Shown: piece after piece, positions 20,047-30,227 of the stretch
Layout: each line of letters opens with the position of its first letter
How positions within the stretch are numbered: position 1 is the stretch's first letter
From: a virus
Direction: 5' to 3' (one strand)
Virus record (IMG/VR): IMGVR_UViG_3300032291_003663
Span: 1 to 64,000 of that record
Length of the DNA: 64,000 nucleotides
Notes under the pieces: generated by a model
Database searches by the model: none
Told to the model about the DNA's origin: nothing
Seen by the model: only the letters and a program-made list of their open reading frames with translations
Program-made: the position numbers and the translations under genes

Positions 20047-22629
20047 ATGTACCAATCAATTTATTATAGTAGAGACACAAAGACATACCATCTACGCGAT
20101 GACAAAAAGGGGTGGCTTGAATTTCCATATCGAGCCACCTGCTATGTTGCTAAAGAAACAGGTGAGTATGAAACCTTAGATGGACAGAGAGTAACTGCAA
20201 CTAAACAATATGGGTGGAAAGATCCTAGTGTTTATGAAAGTGATGTAGATAAATTTACTCGTGTATTAGTAGATGCTTACTACGAATCAGACGATACACC
20301 AAGTTACCAAAATATAGTTTATCTTGATATTGAGTGTGAAATTGTAGGATCGCTTACACAAGATAGTGTACGAGCTCCTGCTGGTAAAATCACAGCAATT
20401 GCTTTATACGATAATAGTACTAAAACATATTACTGCTATATATTAGATAATACTCAATCCATAACACCCTCTAATGAAAATTCAAGGCATATTATACCTT
20501 GCTTTACAGAGAAGGAATTATTATTAAAATTTTTAGATACGTGGGAACAATTAGATCCTACAATTATCTCCGGATGGAACAGTAAATTCTTTGATATTCC
20601 TTATCTATACCATCGTATGGCTACTGTATTAGGACAAAGTGAAGCTGTACGTTTATCTCCACTTAAACGTGTAGATGAAAATGATTTCATGGGTGAAAAA
20701 ACAACTACAATAGCAGGTGTAAACCATCTTGACTATATGTTATTGTTTAAAAAATATATTGTAGCTCAAGAGCCATCATATGCCTTAGGTAATGTAGGAG
20801 AAAAATATGTTAATTTAGGCAAACTTGACTACCTAGGCTCTCTAGACAAACTATTCAGAGAAGATATTCAGAAATTTATAGATTATAATATTCGAGATGT
20901 TGAAATTATAGTAGCACTTGAGGATAAACTTAAATTTATAGACTTAACAGTTATTATTAGTCATTTATGTCATGTTCCCTATGAACAAGTTTACATGTCA
21001 ACGGCATTAAATGAAGGTGCTATTTTAACTTATTTAAAACGTAAGAATATAGTATCACCTAATAAACCTACAACTTATAATCCCGTACTAAAAGAAATTA
21101 AAGAAGAATATGCTGGTGGTTATTTAAAAGATCCTATACCCGGACTATATGAGTGGGTTATCGATTTAGACTTTACATCACTGTATCCATCCATTATTAG
21201 ATCACTTAATATGGGTATTGAAACATTAGTAGGACGTATAGTAAATAAAGACAAATACGACAACCAGTGGTCTCTTAAAGAATTAAAATTATTAAATCCA
21301 AATACTGAAATTATTATTGAGCGTGTTAATCCTAATAAAAGTATTTCTCGCTCAAGTATAACGGCAGGTAAAATGATTGGATTAATTGAACAAGAAAATT
21401 GGATTGTATCTGCTCCCGGAGTTATATTCCGTAAAGATAAATCAAGTATAGTATGTGAAGTATTAACTGATTGGTTTAATAAACGTGTTGAATATAAAAA
21501 TTTAATGAAAAAAGCCTATAAAGCAGGTGATACTGTTAAAGGTGAATTTTATAACCGTAGACAACATGCTTACAAGATTAAATTAAATGACGTTTATGGT
21601 TGTTATGCTATTAACGGATGGCGTTATACAGATGGACATAAATTTATCTCAAAAGCAATTACATTAACGGGACAACGTTTAATTCAAGAATCTATTAAAT
21701 TTGTAAATAAATGGATGAATACCCAAATGGACACAGATGGTATAGACTATATTGTAACATCTGATACTGATTCCTTATTTGTGCAAGTTAAAGATTTAAT
21801 TCAAAAACGAAATCCTGATTTAGATACACGTAATAGAGAGGAAATGGTTAAGCAAGTTTTAAAAATAGCTACTGAAGTACAAGGTGCAGCAAATGAGAGT
21901 TTACATAAGTTAGTAGTTGATTTATTTAATTTACATGATCATCCTCATTATTTTGATTTGAAACAGGAAGTTGTACTTGAAAGAGGATACTTTGCAGGTA
22001 AACGTCGTTATGCAATTTATATTGTAAATAAAGAAGGTGTACCTGTAGAAGAATTAGATATTAAAGGATTAGATCTAATGAAATCTAATTTTCCTCCTTA
22101 TTTTAGAAAGTTTAGTAAACAATTACTTCAAGATATTATGTTTGGTAAACCTAAACCTGAAATTGATAAGCAAATATTAGCTTTTAGAGAAAGCATAAAT
22201 GAAGTAGATTGGCGTCTATTATTAAAGCCTACAGGACTTAAAAACATGGGAGACTACATAGCATCAGGACCAAAATCAGGTGAAATATTTTCTAAATTGG
22301 AACTGAAATGTCCTATTAATACTAAAGCAGCCATTTATTATAATGATTTGCTTCGATTTAAAAAACTAGACAAAAAACACCATACATTCCAGATTGGAGA
22401 TAAGATGTTTATTGCTTATTTAAAAGATAATCCATATAGAGTAGATGTGATTGGATTTAATGGATATGATGATCCTCCATTTATTATTGAGTTTATTGAG
22501 AAGTACCTTGACAAAGTACAACTATTTGACTCAGTATTAAAAAATAAATTAGAAACATTATATGAGGATTTGAAATGGGGAAAACCGATATTCAACAATA
22601 ACATAAATAAATTCTTTAAATTTGGATAA
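20047..22629 (+). CDS. Family B DNA polymerase
   Basis: ExoI LDIECE, ExoII GWNSKFFDIPY, ExoIII YNIRD, DFTSLYPS, KIKLNDVYG, SDTDS, KRRY. Confidence 0.97.
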   Translation: MYQSIYYSRDTKTYHLRDDKKGWLEFPYRATCYVAKETGEYETLDGQRVTATKQYGWKDPSVYESDVDKFTRVLVDAYYESDDTPSYQNIVYLDIECEIVGSLTQDSVRAPAGKITAIALYDNSTKTYYCYILDNTQSITPSNENSRHIIPCFTEKELLLKFLDTWEQLDPTIISGWNSKFFDIPYLYHRMATVLGQSEAVRLSPLKRVDENDFMGEKTTTIAGVNHLDYMLLFKKYIVAQEPSYALGNVGEKYVNLGKLDYLGSLDKLFREDIQKFIDYNIRDVEIIVALEDKLKFIDLTVIISHLCHVPYEQVYMSTALNEGAILTYLKRKNIVSPNKPTTYNPVLKEIKEEYAGGYLKDPIPGLYEWVIDLDFTSLYPSIIRSLNMGIETLVGRIVNKDKYDNQWSLKELKLLNPNTEIIIERVNPNKSISRSSITAGKMIGLIEQENWIVSAPGVIFRKDKSSIVCEVLTDWFNKRVEYKNLMKKAYKAGDTVKGEFYNRRQHAYKIKLNDVYGCYAINGWRYTDGHKFISKAITLTGQRLIQESIKFVNKWMNTQMDTDGIDYIVTSDTDSLFVQVKDLIQKRNPDLDTRNREEMVKQVLKIATEVQGAANESLHKLVVDLFNLHDHPHYFDLKQEVVLERGYFAGKRRYAIYIVNKEGVPVEELDIKGLDLMKSNFPPYFRKFSKQLLQDIMFGKPKPEIDKQILAFRESINEVDWRLLLKPTGLKNMGDYIASGPKSGEIFSKLELKCPINTKAAIYYNDLLRFKKLDKKHHTFQIGDKMFIAYLKDNPYRVDVIGFNGYDDPPFIIEFIEKYLDKVQLFDSVLKNKLETLYEDLKWGKPIFNNNINKFFKFG

Positions 22630-22656
22630 CCAAATAAAAATTAATACATTCAATAC

Positions 22657-22839
22657 ATGACACCAAGAGAAAAAGCATCTGAACTAATAGTTAATTTTCA
22701 ACTAAAATGCAAATCCTTAGAATATGAGGAAGCTAAACAATGTGCTCTATTAACATGTAGTGAGATATTGGGATATATGGGTGCAGATAGAGGATATGCG
22801 TTTTGGACAGAAGTAAAACAAGAAATAGAAAACTTATGA
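22657..22839 (+). CDS. Small phage protein (MTPREKA family, paralog of 55663)
   Basis: MTPREKA..EL...CAL...EI...W.EVKQEIE.L shared with 55663. Confidence 0.7.
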   Translation: MTPREKASELIVNFQLKCKSLEYEEAKQCALLTCSEILGYMGADRGYAFWTEVKQEIENL

Positions 22840-23576
22840 TACAAAAATTAGATTTAGTAGCAAACATTGAAAAATATTACCTCAATGGTACTGTTGAAAG
22901 TGTAAGATGGAATATCTCCAATAAAAAGATGAATATTGCATTTGTATCTCCTAACCAGGATTTAGTAGGAAGTATTAGTTGTGATGTTGATTTGGAAGAT
23001 GGAACAATAGGAATATTTAATACTAGTACATTATTAAAAATGTTAAGTATATTAGATATAGATATTTTAATTGGTATTGAAAAACAATATAAAGTACCTA
23101 CTAAACTTCTTATTGAAGATTCTAATTTCTCATTACAATATTCTCTAGCAGACCCTTTTATTATTCAGACTACACCTGAAATTTCAGAACCCGGGTATGA
23201 AGTAACATTTAATATTGATTCTGAACTTATAATGCGTTTCTCTAAAGCTAAGGGAGCATTAGGCTCTAATACTAGAGATACATTTAGACTGGCTACATCG
23301 GTAGATGATGAAGGACATAAGCAAGTAAAATTCATATTAGGAGAACCAACATCACATTCAAATAAAGTTGAATTTACAGTTAATGCTGATTTTGAAGAAA
23401 TGCATATAGGTTATTTATCATTTAATTCTGCATATGTTAAGGAAATACTCAATGCTAGTAAAAATGATATTATAGAAGCAAAGGGACATTTAAGTACTAA
23501 AGGTTTACTTAAACTTGAACTTACAACAGAAAACGGAACAGCAACATATTATTTACCTGAAGTACAAGTAGGATGA
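22836..23576 (+). CDS. Sliding clamp (gp45/PCNA-like)
   Basis: About 246 aa alpha/beta pattern, between PolB and the clamp loader; ATG at 22836 (MIQKLD) preferred over 22803. Confidence 0.7.
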   Translation: MIQKLDLVANIEKYYLNGTVESVRWNISNKKMNIAFVSPNQDLVGSISCDVDLEDGTIGIFNTSTLLKMLSILDIDILIGIEKQYKVPTKLLIEDSNFSLQYSLADPFIIQTTPEISEPGYEVTFNIDSELIMRFSKAKGALGSNTRDTFRLATSVDDEGHKQVKFILGEPTSHSNKVEFTVNADFEEMHIGYLSFNSAYVKEILNASKNDIIEAKGHLSTKGLLKLELTTENGTATYYLPEVQVG

Positions 23577-23812
23577 TAAAAGGAATGATAAAAATAAATG
23601 ATGATTTATTCTTAATAAAACTAATGATGAATGAATCATATGAAAGTTTAGGACCAGAATGGAACCAGATTTCACCTAATCACAAGACGTTTAAAAAAGA
23701 TGGTAAACTATTCTTTTGTGAAATAGTAGAAGAATTGGAAATTATTGAAGATGAAATAATTAGTAATGAAATTATTACCATTGAAGATGCTGTGGAAAAC
23801 CCAACAATTTAA
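23573..23812 (+). CDS. Hypothetical acidic protein
   Basis: ORF track; overlaps the clamp stop codon. Confidence 0.55.
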   Translation: MIKGMIKINDDLFLIKLMMNESYESLGPEWNQISPNHKTFKKDGKLFFCEIVEELEIIEDEIISNEIITIEDAVENPTI

Positions 23813-23842
23813 CGTATATTTATTTAAACAAAAATAAAAGTT

Positions 23843-24145
23843 ATGAGTGATTTATTTAACGGAAAGCGCGGACGTCAAAAAGGACAAACTAAAGACATGA
23901 TCATTATTAAAGATTCTTTATTTGCTCCTTATGAAATTCATCAAGATAAAAATTGCTACACACTAGTAGAACCTGGCTACAATGATAATATGGTAGCTGT
24001 TGGTTATTATAACACACTTGATCACGTATTAAGTACATTAGTTCGTAACTGTATAGTAGATAAGAAAAAAACTTATACTTTTAAAGAGTATATGGTTGAA
24101 TATAAACAAATAACTGAAAATTTTAAACAAGCATTAAATTTATGA
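23843..24145 (+). CDS. Hypothetical protein with N-terminal KRGR motif
   Basis: ORF track; class-1 promoter box at 23815. Confidence 0.65.
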   Translation: MSDLFNGKRGRQKGQTKDMIIIKDSLFAPYEIHQDKNCYTLVEPGYNDNMVAVGYYNTLDHVLSTLVRNCIVDKKKTYTFKEYMVEYKQITENFKQALNL

Positions 24146-24432
24146 TAAAAGCAGTATGGGATGCCATCATCGTGCAGGTGGATGAAAAAACAGAAAAGAT
24201 GCACGGAAAGTTTATTATCCCTGACTTGTCACAGGAAAAAGCAATTGTAGGAACTATTATTGACATTGGACCCGGAAGATGGAATGCTGCTGGTGATACA
24301 CGTATTCCTATGTCTTTTAGTGTAGGACAAAAAGTGGTATTACCACAAGTAGGGCCTACTAAATTAGAATGGGAAGGTATTGAATACATAGCTGTTTCTG
24401 AAGCAAATGTATTAGCATTAATTAAAGAATAA
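24142..24432 (+). CDS. groES: Co-chaperonin GroES
   Basis: D.IIV, GKFIIPD, G.II.IGPG, VGQKV, E.NVLA. Confidence 0.9.
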   Translation: MIKAVWDAIIVQVDEKTEKMHGKFIIPDLSQEKAIVGTIIDIGPGRWNAAGDTRIPMSFSVGQKVVLPQVGPTKLEWEGIEYIAVSEANVLALIKE

Positions 24433-24441
24433 AATTAAAAC

Positions 24442-26073
24442 ATGAAAACAGCATTTAACCAAGAAGCAAAAGAAAAACTAGCAAACGGCGTCAAAAAAAT
24501 ATCTGACGCTGTAGGATCAACTCTTGGACCCTATGGTAGAAACGTAGTGTTTATAGATGAGTATGGAACAGTACGTAGTACTAAAGACGGTGTTACTGTA
24601 GCTAAGACACTTAAGGATTTTGAAGATCCAATTGAAAATATAGGTGCACAAATGGTAAAACAAGCATCTATTAAAACAGCAGATAAAGCAGGTGATGGTA
24701 CAACAACATCAACTGTATTAGCAAATGATTTAATTCAACGTTCATTTAATAGTATTAATCCAAGTACAAACGTTGTATTAGTTAAAAAAGGTATTGAAGC
24801 GGCATCTAAAGAAATTATTGAAGGTTTAAAAGAAATTAAACGTGAAATTAATTCTGAAGACCAAATTAAACAAGTAGCTACCATCTCAGCTAATAATGAT
24901 GAAGAAATCGGAGCATTAGTAGCAGAGGCAATGCAGATGGTGGGTCAAGATGGAGTTGTAACTGTAGAAGAAAGTAAAACAGGTGAAACATCACTTGAAA
25001 CTGTAGAAGGTATTCAGTTCGATAGAGGTTACAAATCAATGTATTTTACAACAGATAATAATACAATGTCTGCTGTTTTAAAAGATCCATTAATTTTAAT
25101 TTATAACGGACGATTAACATCAGTTAAAGAATTACTTCCTGTACTTGAAGGAACATCACAAACAGATAGTTCACTTCTTATTATTGCTGAAGATATTGAT
25201 GGTGAAGCGCTTTCTACTCTTATTGTTAATAAAATGAGAGGTATGTTAAAAGCAGTTGCTGTTAAAGCTCCTGATTTTGGAGATCGTCGTTTAGCAGTAT
25301 TAGAAGATATTGCTATCGTAACAGGAGGAACAGTAGTATCACCTGAAAAAGGAATGAAACTTGAACGCTTCAATTCAGATTGGTTTGGTAAAGCAAGAGT
25401 AGTAACAGTAACTAAAGATACTACTACAATAGTTGATGGATCTAGTTCTCAAGACATTATCCAATCACGAATATCTGAACTTAAAGAACAAATAGGCAAA
25501 TCACCATCCGCTTTTGAAAAAGAACATTTACAAGAACGTTTAGGTAAATTATCTGGAGGTGTAGCTGTAATCAATATTGGTGGTGCTACTGAAACGGAAA
25601 TTAAAGTGAAAAAATATCGTATTGATGATGCATTACAAGCAACTAAAGCAGCACTTGAAGAAGGATTACTTCCTGGAGGTGGTGTAGCGTTGCTTGAAGC
25701 AAGAGAAAGTATTACAATCCTAAAATCAGATGGAGAAGATTTTAATTTAGGTAAAAGAATAGCATATGCTGCTTGTGGAGCTCCTTTTCTAAAAATACTA
25801 TCAAATGCTGGTATTGAAAACACAAATGATATTATCTTTAGTCTTAGAAAAATTAGAGAGGAAAACCCTGAAAATAGCCGTACATTTGGATATGATATTA
25901 AATCAGAAACAGTTACTGATATGTTTGAAGCCGGTATTATAGATCCAATGAAAGTAGCTAGAACAGCACTTGAAAATGCAGTTTCAGTTGCCGGTACAAT
26001 TTTATTAACTGAGTGTGTAATTTATAACGAGCCTAAAAAAGATAAAGATGGTGAACAATTCCCTATGGGTTGA
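24442..26073 (+). CDS. groEL: Chaperonin GroEL
   Basis: TLGPYGRNV, TKDGVTVA, GDGTTT, EGIQFDRGY, KAPDFGDRR, PGGGVAL, IIDP.KV. Confidence 0.97.
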   Translation: MKTAFNQEAKEKLANGVKKISDAVGSTLGPYGRNVVFIDEYGTVRSTKDGVTVAKTLKDFEDPIENIGAQMVKQASIKTADKAGDGTTTSTVLANDLIQRSFNSINPSTNVVLVKKGIEAASKEIIEGLKEIKREINSEDQIKQVATISANNDEEIGALVAEAMQMVGQDGVVTVEESKTGETSLETVEGIQFDRGYKSMYFTTDNNTMSAVLKDPLILIYNGRLTSVKELLPVLEGTSQTDSSLLIIAEDIDGEALSTLIVNKMRGMLKAVAVKAPDFGDRRLAVLEDIAIVTGGTVVSPEKGMKLERFNSDWFGKARVVTVTKDTTTIVDGSSSQDIIQSRISELKEQIGKSPSAFEKEHLQERLGKLSGGVAVINIGGATETEIKVKKYRIDDALQATKAALEEGLLPGGGVALLEARESITILKSDGEDFNLGKRIAYAACGAPFLKILSNAGIENTNDIIFSLRKIREENPENSRTFGYDIKSETVTDMFEAGIIDPMKVARTALENAVSVAGTILLTECVIYNEPKKDKDGEQFPMG

Positions 26074-26959
26074 GAAATATCGTAGTCAAAATTTAGATAC
26101 ATACGTTGGAAATGAGGGTGTAAAAGCCTTCATTTCTAAATGTATAACTAACAATGATATACCTCACTTACTATTGTATGGAAAACCTGGTACAGGTAAA
26201 ACCACATTAGCTAAGTTAATTACTAAAAACATCAAATGTGATGTAATGTATATTAATGCTTCTGATGAAAGAGGTATTGATACTATTAGAGATAAAATTG
26301 TTGATTATGCATCCGCAAACAGCTTTAATCCTATTAAGATAGTAATACTGGATGAATCCGATTATATTACTGCGCAAGCACAAGCTGCACTTCGTAATGT
26401 AATGGAAACTTATTCGGCTAAAACACGATTTATCTTAACGGCTAACTATGCTGAACGTATAATTGATCCACTTAAAAGTAGATGTCAAGCCTTCCATATT
26501 GAACCGCCTTCTAAAGGTGAGGTTGCAAAACATATTGCTAGTTTATTAGATCAAGAAAAAGTAAAATATGAATTATCTAATGTAGCAGCGTTGATCAAGA
26601 CATACTACCCTGATATTAGAAAAATAATTAATGCGGCCCAACAATCTATAGATGATAATAATACTTTAAACCCAGGGGCGTTAGTACCTAATATGGATGG
26701 CGCGTTAACTGCCATTATTACCGCGTTAAAATCGAAGAAATCATCATCATGGGCAGATATTAGACAAATAGTTGCCGACGCAGATATCAACGATTTTGTG
26801 CAGTTATACACGGGATTGTATGATAGAGTAACAGAATTTACAACGTCACCCGCTGATGTAGCTATTCATTCTGCTCAATATCTATGGCAGAACAATACTA
26901 TAGCTGATAAAGAAATTAACTTTATGGCGTTTGTATCTCAAATATTAAAAATAAAATAA
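26048..26959 (+). CDS. Clamp loader AAA+ subunit (RFC/gp44-like)
   Basis: LWVEKYR, GKPGTGKTT, INASDERGID, ILDESD, AQAALR, SRC. Confidence 0.95.
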   Translation: MVNNSLWVEKYRSQNLDTYVGNEGVKAFISKCITNNDIPHLLLYGKPGTGKTTLAKLITKNIKCDVMYINASDERGIDTIRDKIVDYASANSFNPIKIVILDESDYITAQAQAALRNVMETYSAKTRFILTANYAERIIDPLKSRCQAFHIEPPSKGEVAKHIASLLDQEKVKYELSNVAALIKTYYPDIRKIINAAQQSIDDNNTLNPGALVPNMDGALTAIITALKSKKSSSWADIRQIVADADINDFVQLYTGLYDRVTEFTTSPADVAIHSAQYLWQNNTIADKEINFMAFVSQILKIK

Positions 26960-27180
26960 TGACACAAAAAGAATTAAACATGAACGTATCTTTAAAAGAT
27001 ACAACAGCTATCATATGCGAAAGTTGTGAAAACGAAGTATTTATTGAAGGAGTAATGCTACGTAAAGTATCTCGCTTTGTAACTGGTACTACACAAGATG
27101 CACTTATGCCTATACCAGTATTTACCTGTTCAAAATGTGGAGGTGTAAACGCTGATTTTCTACCTAAAGATAAACAATAA
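26959..27180 (+). CDS. Zn-ribbon protein
   Basis: CESC...CSKC. Confidence 0.65.
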   Translation: MTQKELNMNVSLKDTTAIICESCENEVFIEGVMLRKVSRFVTGTTQDALMPIPVFTCSKCGGVNADFLPKDKQ

Positions 27181-27626
27181 TGCAGATATTTGATTGGATT
27201 AAACAAGTAACATATATTAAAGATCCTTGGTCTTCATTTAGTGAAGAAGATAAAGTAACTTTTAATCCATATATGGTACATAGATTCTTATCAATGCATG
27301 AACCTTATATTGAATTAGCTAATTACCTACAACAATTCTGGCAATTAACTCATGGACAGATTTACTTGATTTACTGTGAATACTTACCTGAAAGTAAAAT
27401 ATTTGCAAAGTATATTAAATCAACTAAACCTAAAGTAAATAATGAACTATTAAGTATATTATCTAATTATTATAAGGTATCAACTAGAGAAGTAAAAAAT
27501 TATCTTCAAATACTAAAAGAAGATGAAGTAAAAGTAATCTTAAGTAGTAGAGGAATAGAAGAAGATGAAATAAAAAAGTTATTAAAAGATGAAAAAACTA
27601 CCAAAACATCTAAAGTTTCTACGTAA
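27180..27626 (+). CDS. Clamp loader small subunit (gp62-like)
   Basis: IFDWI...FNPYMVHRFLS...YYKVSTRE; adjacent to the RFC-like gene. Confidence 0.65.
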   Translation: MQIFDWIKQVTYIKDPWSSFSEEDKVTFNPYMVHRFLSMHEPYIELANYLQQFWQLTHGQIYLIYCEYLPESKIFAKYIKSTKPKVNNELLSILSNYYKVSTREVKNYLQILKEDEVKVILSSRGIEEDEIKKLLKDEKTTKTSKVST

Positions 27627-28530
27627 TCATAAGGAAGTAGAAATAGATTGGAGTAAAGATAAAATAGTTTCATATTCACAATACTCTACATGGGCTCAAT
27701 GTCCTCATAAATGGAAATTACAAAGTGTAGACAAACACAGAAATCCTCCAAGTATTGAACTTACATTCGGAAAAGCAATGCACACTGCTATCCAGCATTA
27801 TTTAAAGGTAATGTATGAACAAAGTGGAACGGCTGCTGATAAAGAAGATATTATTGGATTATTTGAGAATACATTTAGAGAAGAATATAAAAGTGGATTT
27901 GAACAAAATAATAAAACACACTTCTCATCAGCTGAAGAAATGGCTGAGTATTTTGAAGACGGAAGATTAATAATTGAATTCTTTCTAAAAAAACGAGGCG
28001 AACACTTCTCAACTCGTAAAACACATCTTGTAGGAATTGAATTTCCTCTTTCATTTTCACCACATGAGAATTACCCTAATGTTAAACTAAAAGGATTTAT
28101 TGATTTTATCTTATACAATGAAAATACAGATACACTTTGTATCTATGATATTAAAACATCTAAACGAGGGTGGAAGGATGAAGATAAAAGAAATGATATC
28201 AAAACATCACAAGTATTACTCTATAAAGAATATTTTAGTAAGATATTTAATTGGGATGTAGATAAAATTGAAGTTGAATTCTTCATTGTGAAACGTAAAA
28301 TTTGGGAAGGAAGTGAATATCCAATACCTCGAATACAATCGTTCGTTCCTGCCTCAGGACCACGAAAACGTTTGGCTACTGTACAGTCTTTTCGTACGTT
28401 TATAGAAGATTGTTTTAACAGAGACGGAAAACCATTAGTCAAAGAATACCTGAAACAGGTAGGACCATATTGCAAATGGTGCCAATTTAATAATAATCCC
28501 TCTCTTTGCAACAAATTGAATTCTTTGTAA
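27589..28530 (+). CDS. PD-(D/E)xK nuclease, Cas4/AddB-like
   Basis: SYSQ...CP.KW, FG.AMH, GFID...IYDIKTS, QVLLY, CKWC...C. Confidence 0.85.
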   Translation: MKKLPKHLKFLRNHKEVEIDWSKDKIVSYSQYSTWAQCPHKWKLQSVDKHRNPPSIELTFGKAMHTAIQHYLKVMYEQSGTAADKEDIIGLFENTFREEYKSGFEQNNKTHFSSAEEMAEYFEDGRLIIEFFLKKRGEHFSTRKTHLVGIEFPLSFSPHENYPNVKLKGFIDFILYNENTDTLCIYDIKTSKRGWKDEDKRNDIKTSQVLLYKEYFSKIFNWDVDKIEVEFFIVKRKIWEGSEYPIPRIQSFVPASGPRKRLATVQSFRTFIEDCFNRDGKPLVKEYLKQVGPYCKWCQFNNNPSLCNKLNSL

Positions 28531-28563
28531 AAAAATATATATTTATATTCAAATATATAATTT

Positions 28564-28767
28564 ATGGCCGGTAAAAATGAAAAATTAACACTTACGAGTG
28601 TAAAAGTACATCAAGAATTATTTGATGATTTTAAAGTTGCTAGTATTAAAAATAAGTTTAACTTACAAAAACTTACTAATAGAGCAATGCATTTATATTT
28701 AAACAATGATGATTTTCGTAAACAACTACACAACCATGCTGAATTAGTGATGAGTGGTAGTCTTTAA
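28564..28767 (+). CDS. Ribbon-helix-helix-like DNA-binding protein
   Basis: LTSVKV strand followed by two helices; TATTTATA at 28540. Confidence 0.55.
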   Translation: MAGKNEKLTLTSVKVHQELFDDFKVASIKNKFNLQKLTNRAMHLYLNNDDFRKQLHNHAELVMSGSL

Positions 28768-28784
28768 TACTTTTAAAATTTGTT

Positions 28785-30227
28785 ATGAAAGAAGGTTATA
28801 TTCCTCAAGAACAACGTAAAAAAATCTTACTATTATCGGATGACATTAGAACAACATCTGGTATAGCAACAATGGCAAGAGAGATAATTTTAGGTACTTG
28901 TCATCACTACAATTGGATAAATTTAGGAAGCACAATCCACAACCCAGATGAGGGTAAAAAATTAGATTTAAGTGCAGATTCTAACAACTTTAATGGAATA
29001 ACAGACGCTAGCGTAATGTTATACCCCAATTCAGGATATGGTACTATTGAGAAGATCAGGGATTTACTACGAATAGAAAAACCAGATGCAATAATGTTAT
29101 TTACGGATCCACGTTATTGGACATGGTTGTGGATGCATGAGCGTGAAATACGTGCTCAAGTTCCTATTATTTATCTTAATATTTGGGATTCTTTACCTTA
29201 TCCGTTATATAATAGAGCTTTCTATGAGTCATGTGATGGTTTATTAGCAATTTCTAAACAAACAGAAAATATTAATAACGTTGTATTAGCAGATAAAGCT
29301 AAAGATAAAGTTATAGGATACGTTCCTCATGGTATAAATGAAGATGTATTTTTTCCTATTAAAAAAGGAGATGCTAAATGGGATGAACTTCAAACATTTA
29401 AAAAACAAATCTTTAAAGATAAAGAATACGATTTTATCTTAATGTTTAATTCTAGAAATATCAGACGAAAATCATTTCCTGATGTTCTATTAGCTTGGAA
29501 ATTATTCGTAGATAATCTTCCTGAAGACAAAAAAGATAAAGTAGCTCTACTTGCTCATACTCAACCACTAGATGAAAACGGAACAGACATTCCAGCTGTA
29601 ATGGAAATGATATGGGGTAAAAACCCACCTAATGTGTTTATAACAGGTTTAAATAGATTTATTCCTGAACAAATGAACTTATTATACAATATATCAGATG
29701 CTACAATCTTGATTTCATCTAATGAAGGATGGGGATTGTCACTTACCGAAGCAATGATGTGTGGAAAACCAATTATTGCAAACGTAACAGGTGGTATGCA
29801 AGATCAAATGCGTTTTGAAGATGAAAATGGTAACTGGGTTAAATTTACAGAAGAATTTGGTTCAAATCACTTTGGAAAATATAAAAAATGTGGTAAATGG
29901 GCCTTTCCCGTATTTCCTTCAAATTTATCAATTGTAGGTTCAATTCCAACACCTTATATATTTGATGATAGAGCTGATTTTAGAGATGCTGCTAATCAAA
30001 TGCGAGTACTGTATGATTTAGGTTCTGAAGAAATAGAAAATAGAGGAAATGCTGCTCGTAAATGGGTTACATCTGATGAGGCTATGATGACATCTAAGAA
30101 TATGGCTAAAAACTATATTAAGTATACAGATGAAATGTTTGATAAATGGAAACCTAGAGAAAATTATGACTTTATAAAAATAGAAGAATTACCTGCAAAA
30201 CAAAATAAACATATAATTTCGTTATGA
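28785..30227 (+). CDS. GT4-family glycosyltransferase
   Basis: VPHGIN, RNIRRK, EGWGLSLTEAMMCGKPII. Confidence 0.9.
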   Translation: MKEGYIPQEQRKKILLLSDDIRTTSGIATMAREIILGTCHHYNWINLGSTIHNPDEGKKLDLSADSNNFNGITDASVMLYPNSGYGTIEKIRDLLRIEKPDAIMLFTDPRYWTWLWMHEREIRAQVPIIYLNIWDSLPYPLYNRAFYESCDGLLAISKQTENINNVVLADKAKDKVIGYVPHGINEDVFFPIKKGDAKWDELQTFKKQIFKDKEYDFILMFNSRNIRRKSFPDVLLAWKLFVDNLPEDKKDKVALLAHTQPLDENGTDIPAVMEMIWGKNPPNVFITGLNRFIPEQMNLLYNISDATILISSNEGWGLSLTEAMMCGKPIIANVTGGMQDQMRFEDENGNWVKFTEEFGSNHFGKYKKCGKWAFPVFPSNLSIVGSIPTPYIFDDRADFRDAANQMRVLYDLGSEEIENRGNAARKWVTSDEAMMTSKNMAKNYIKYTDEMFDKWKPRENYDFIKIEELPAKQNKHIISL

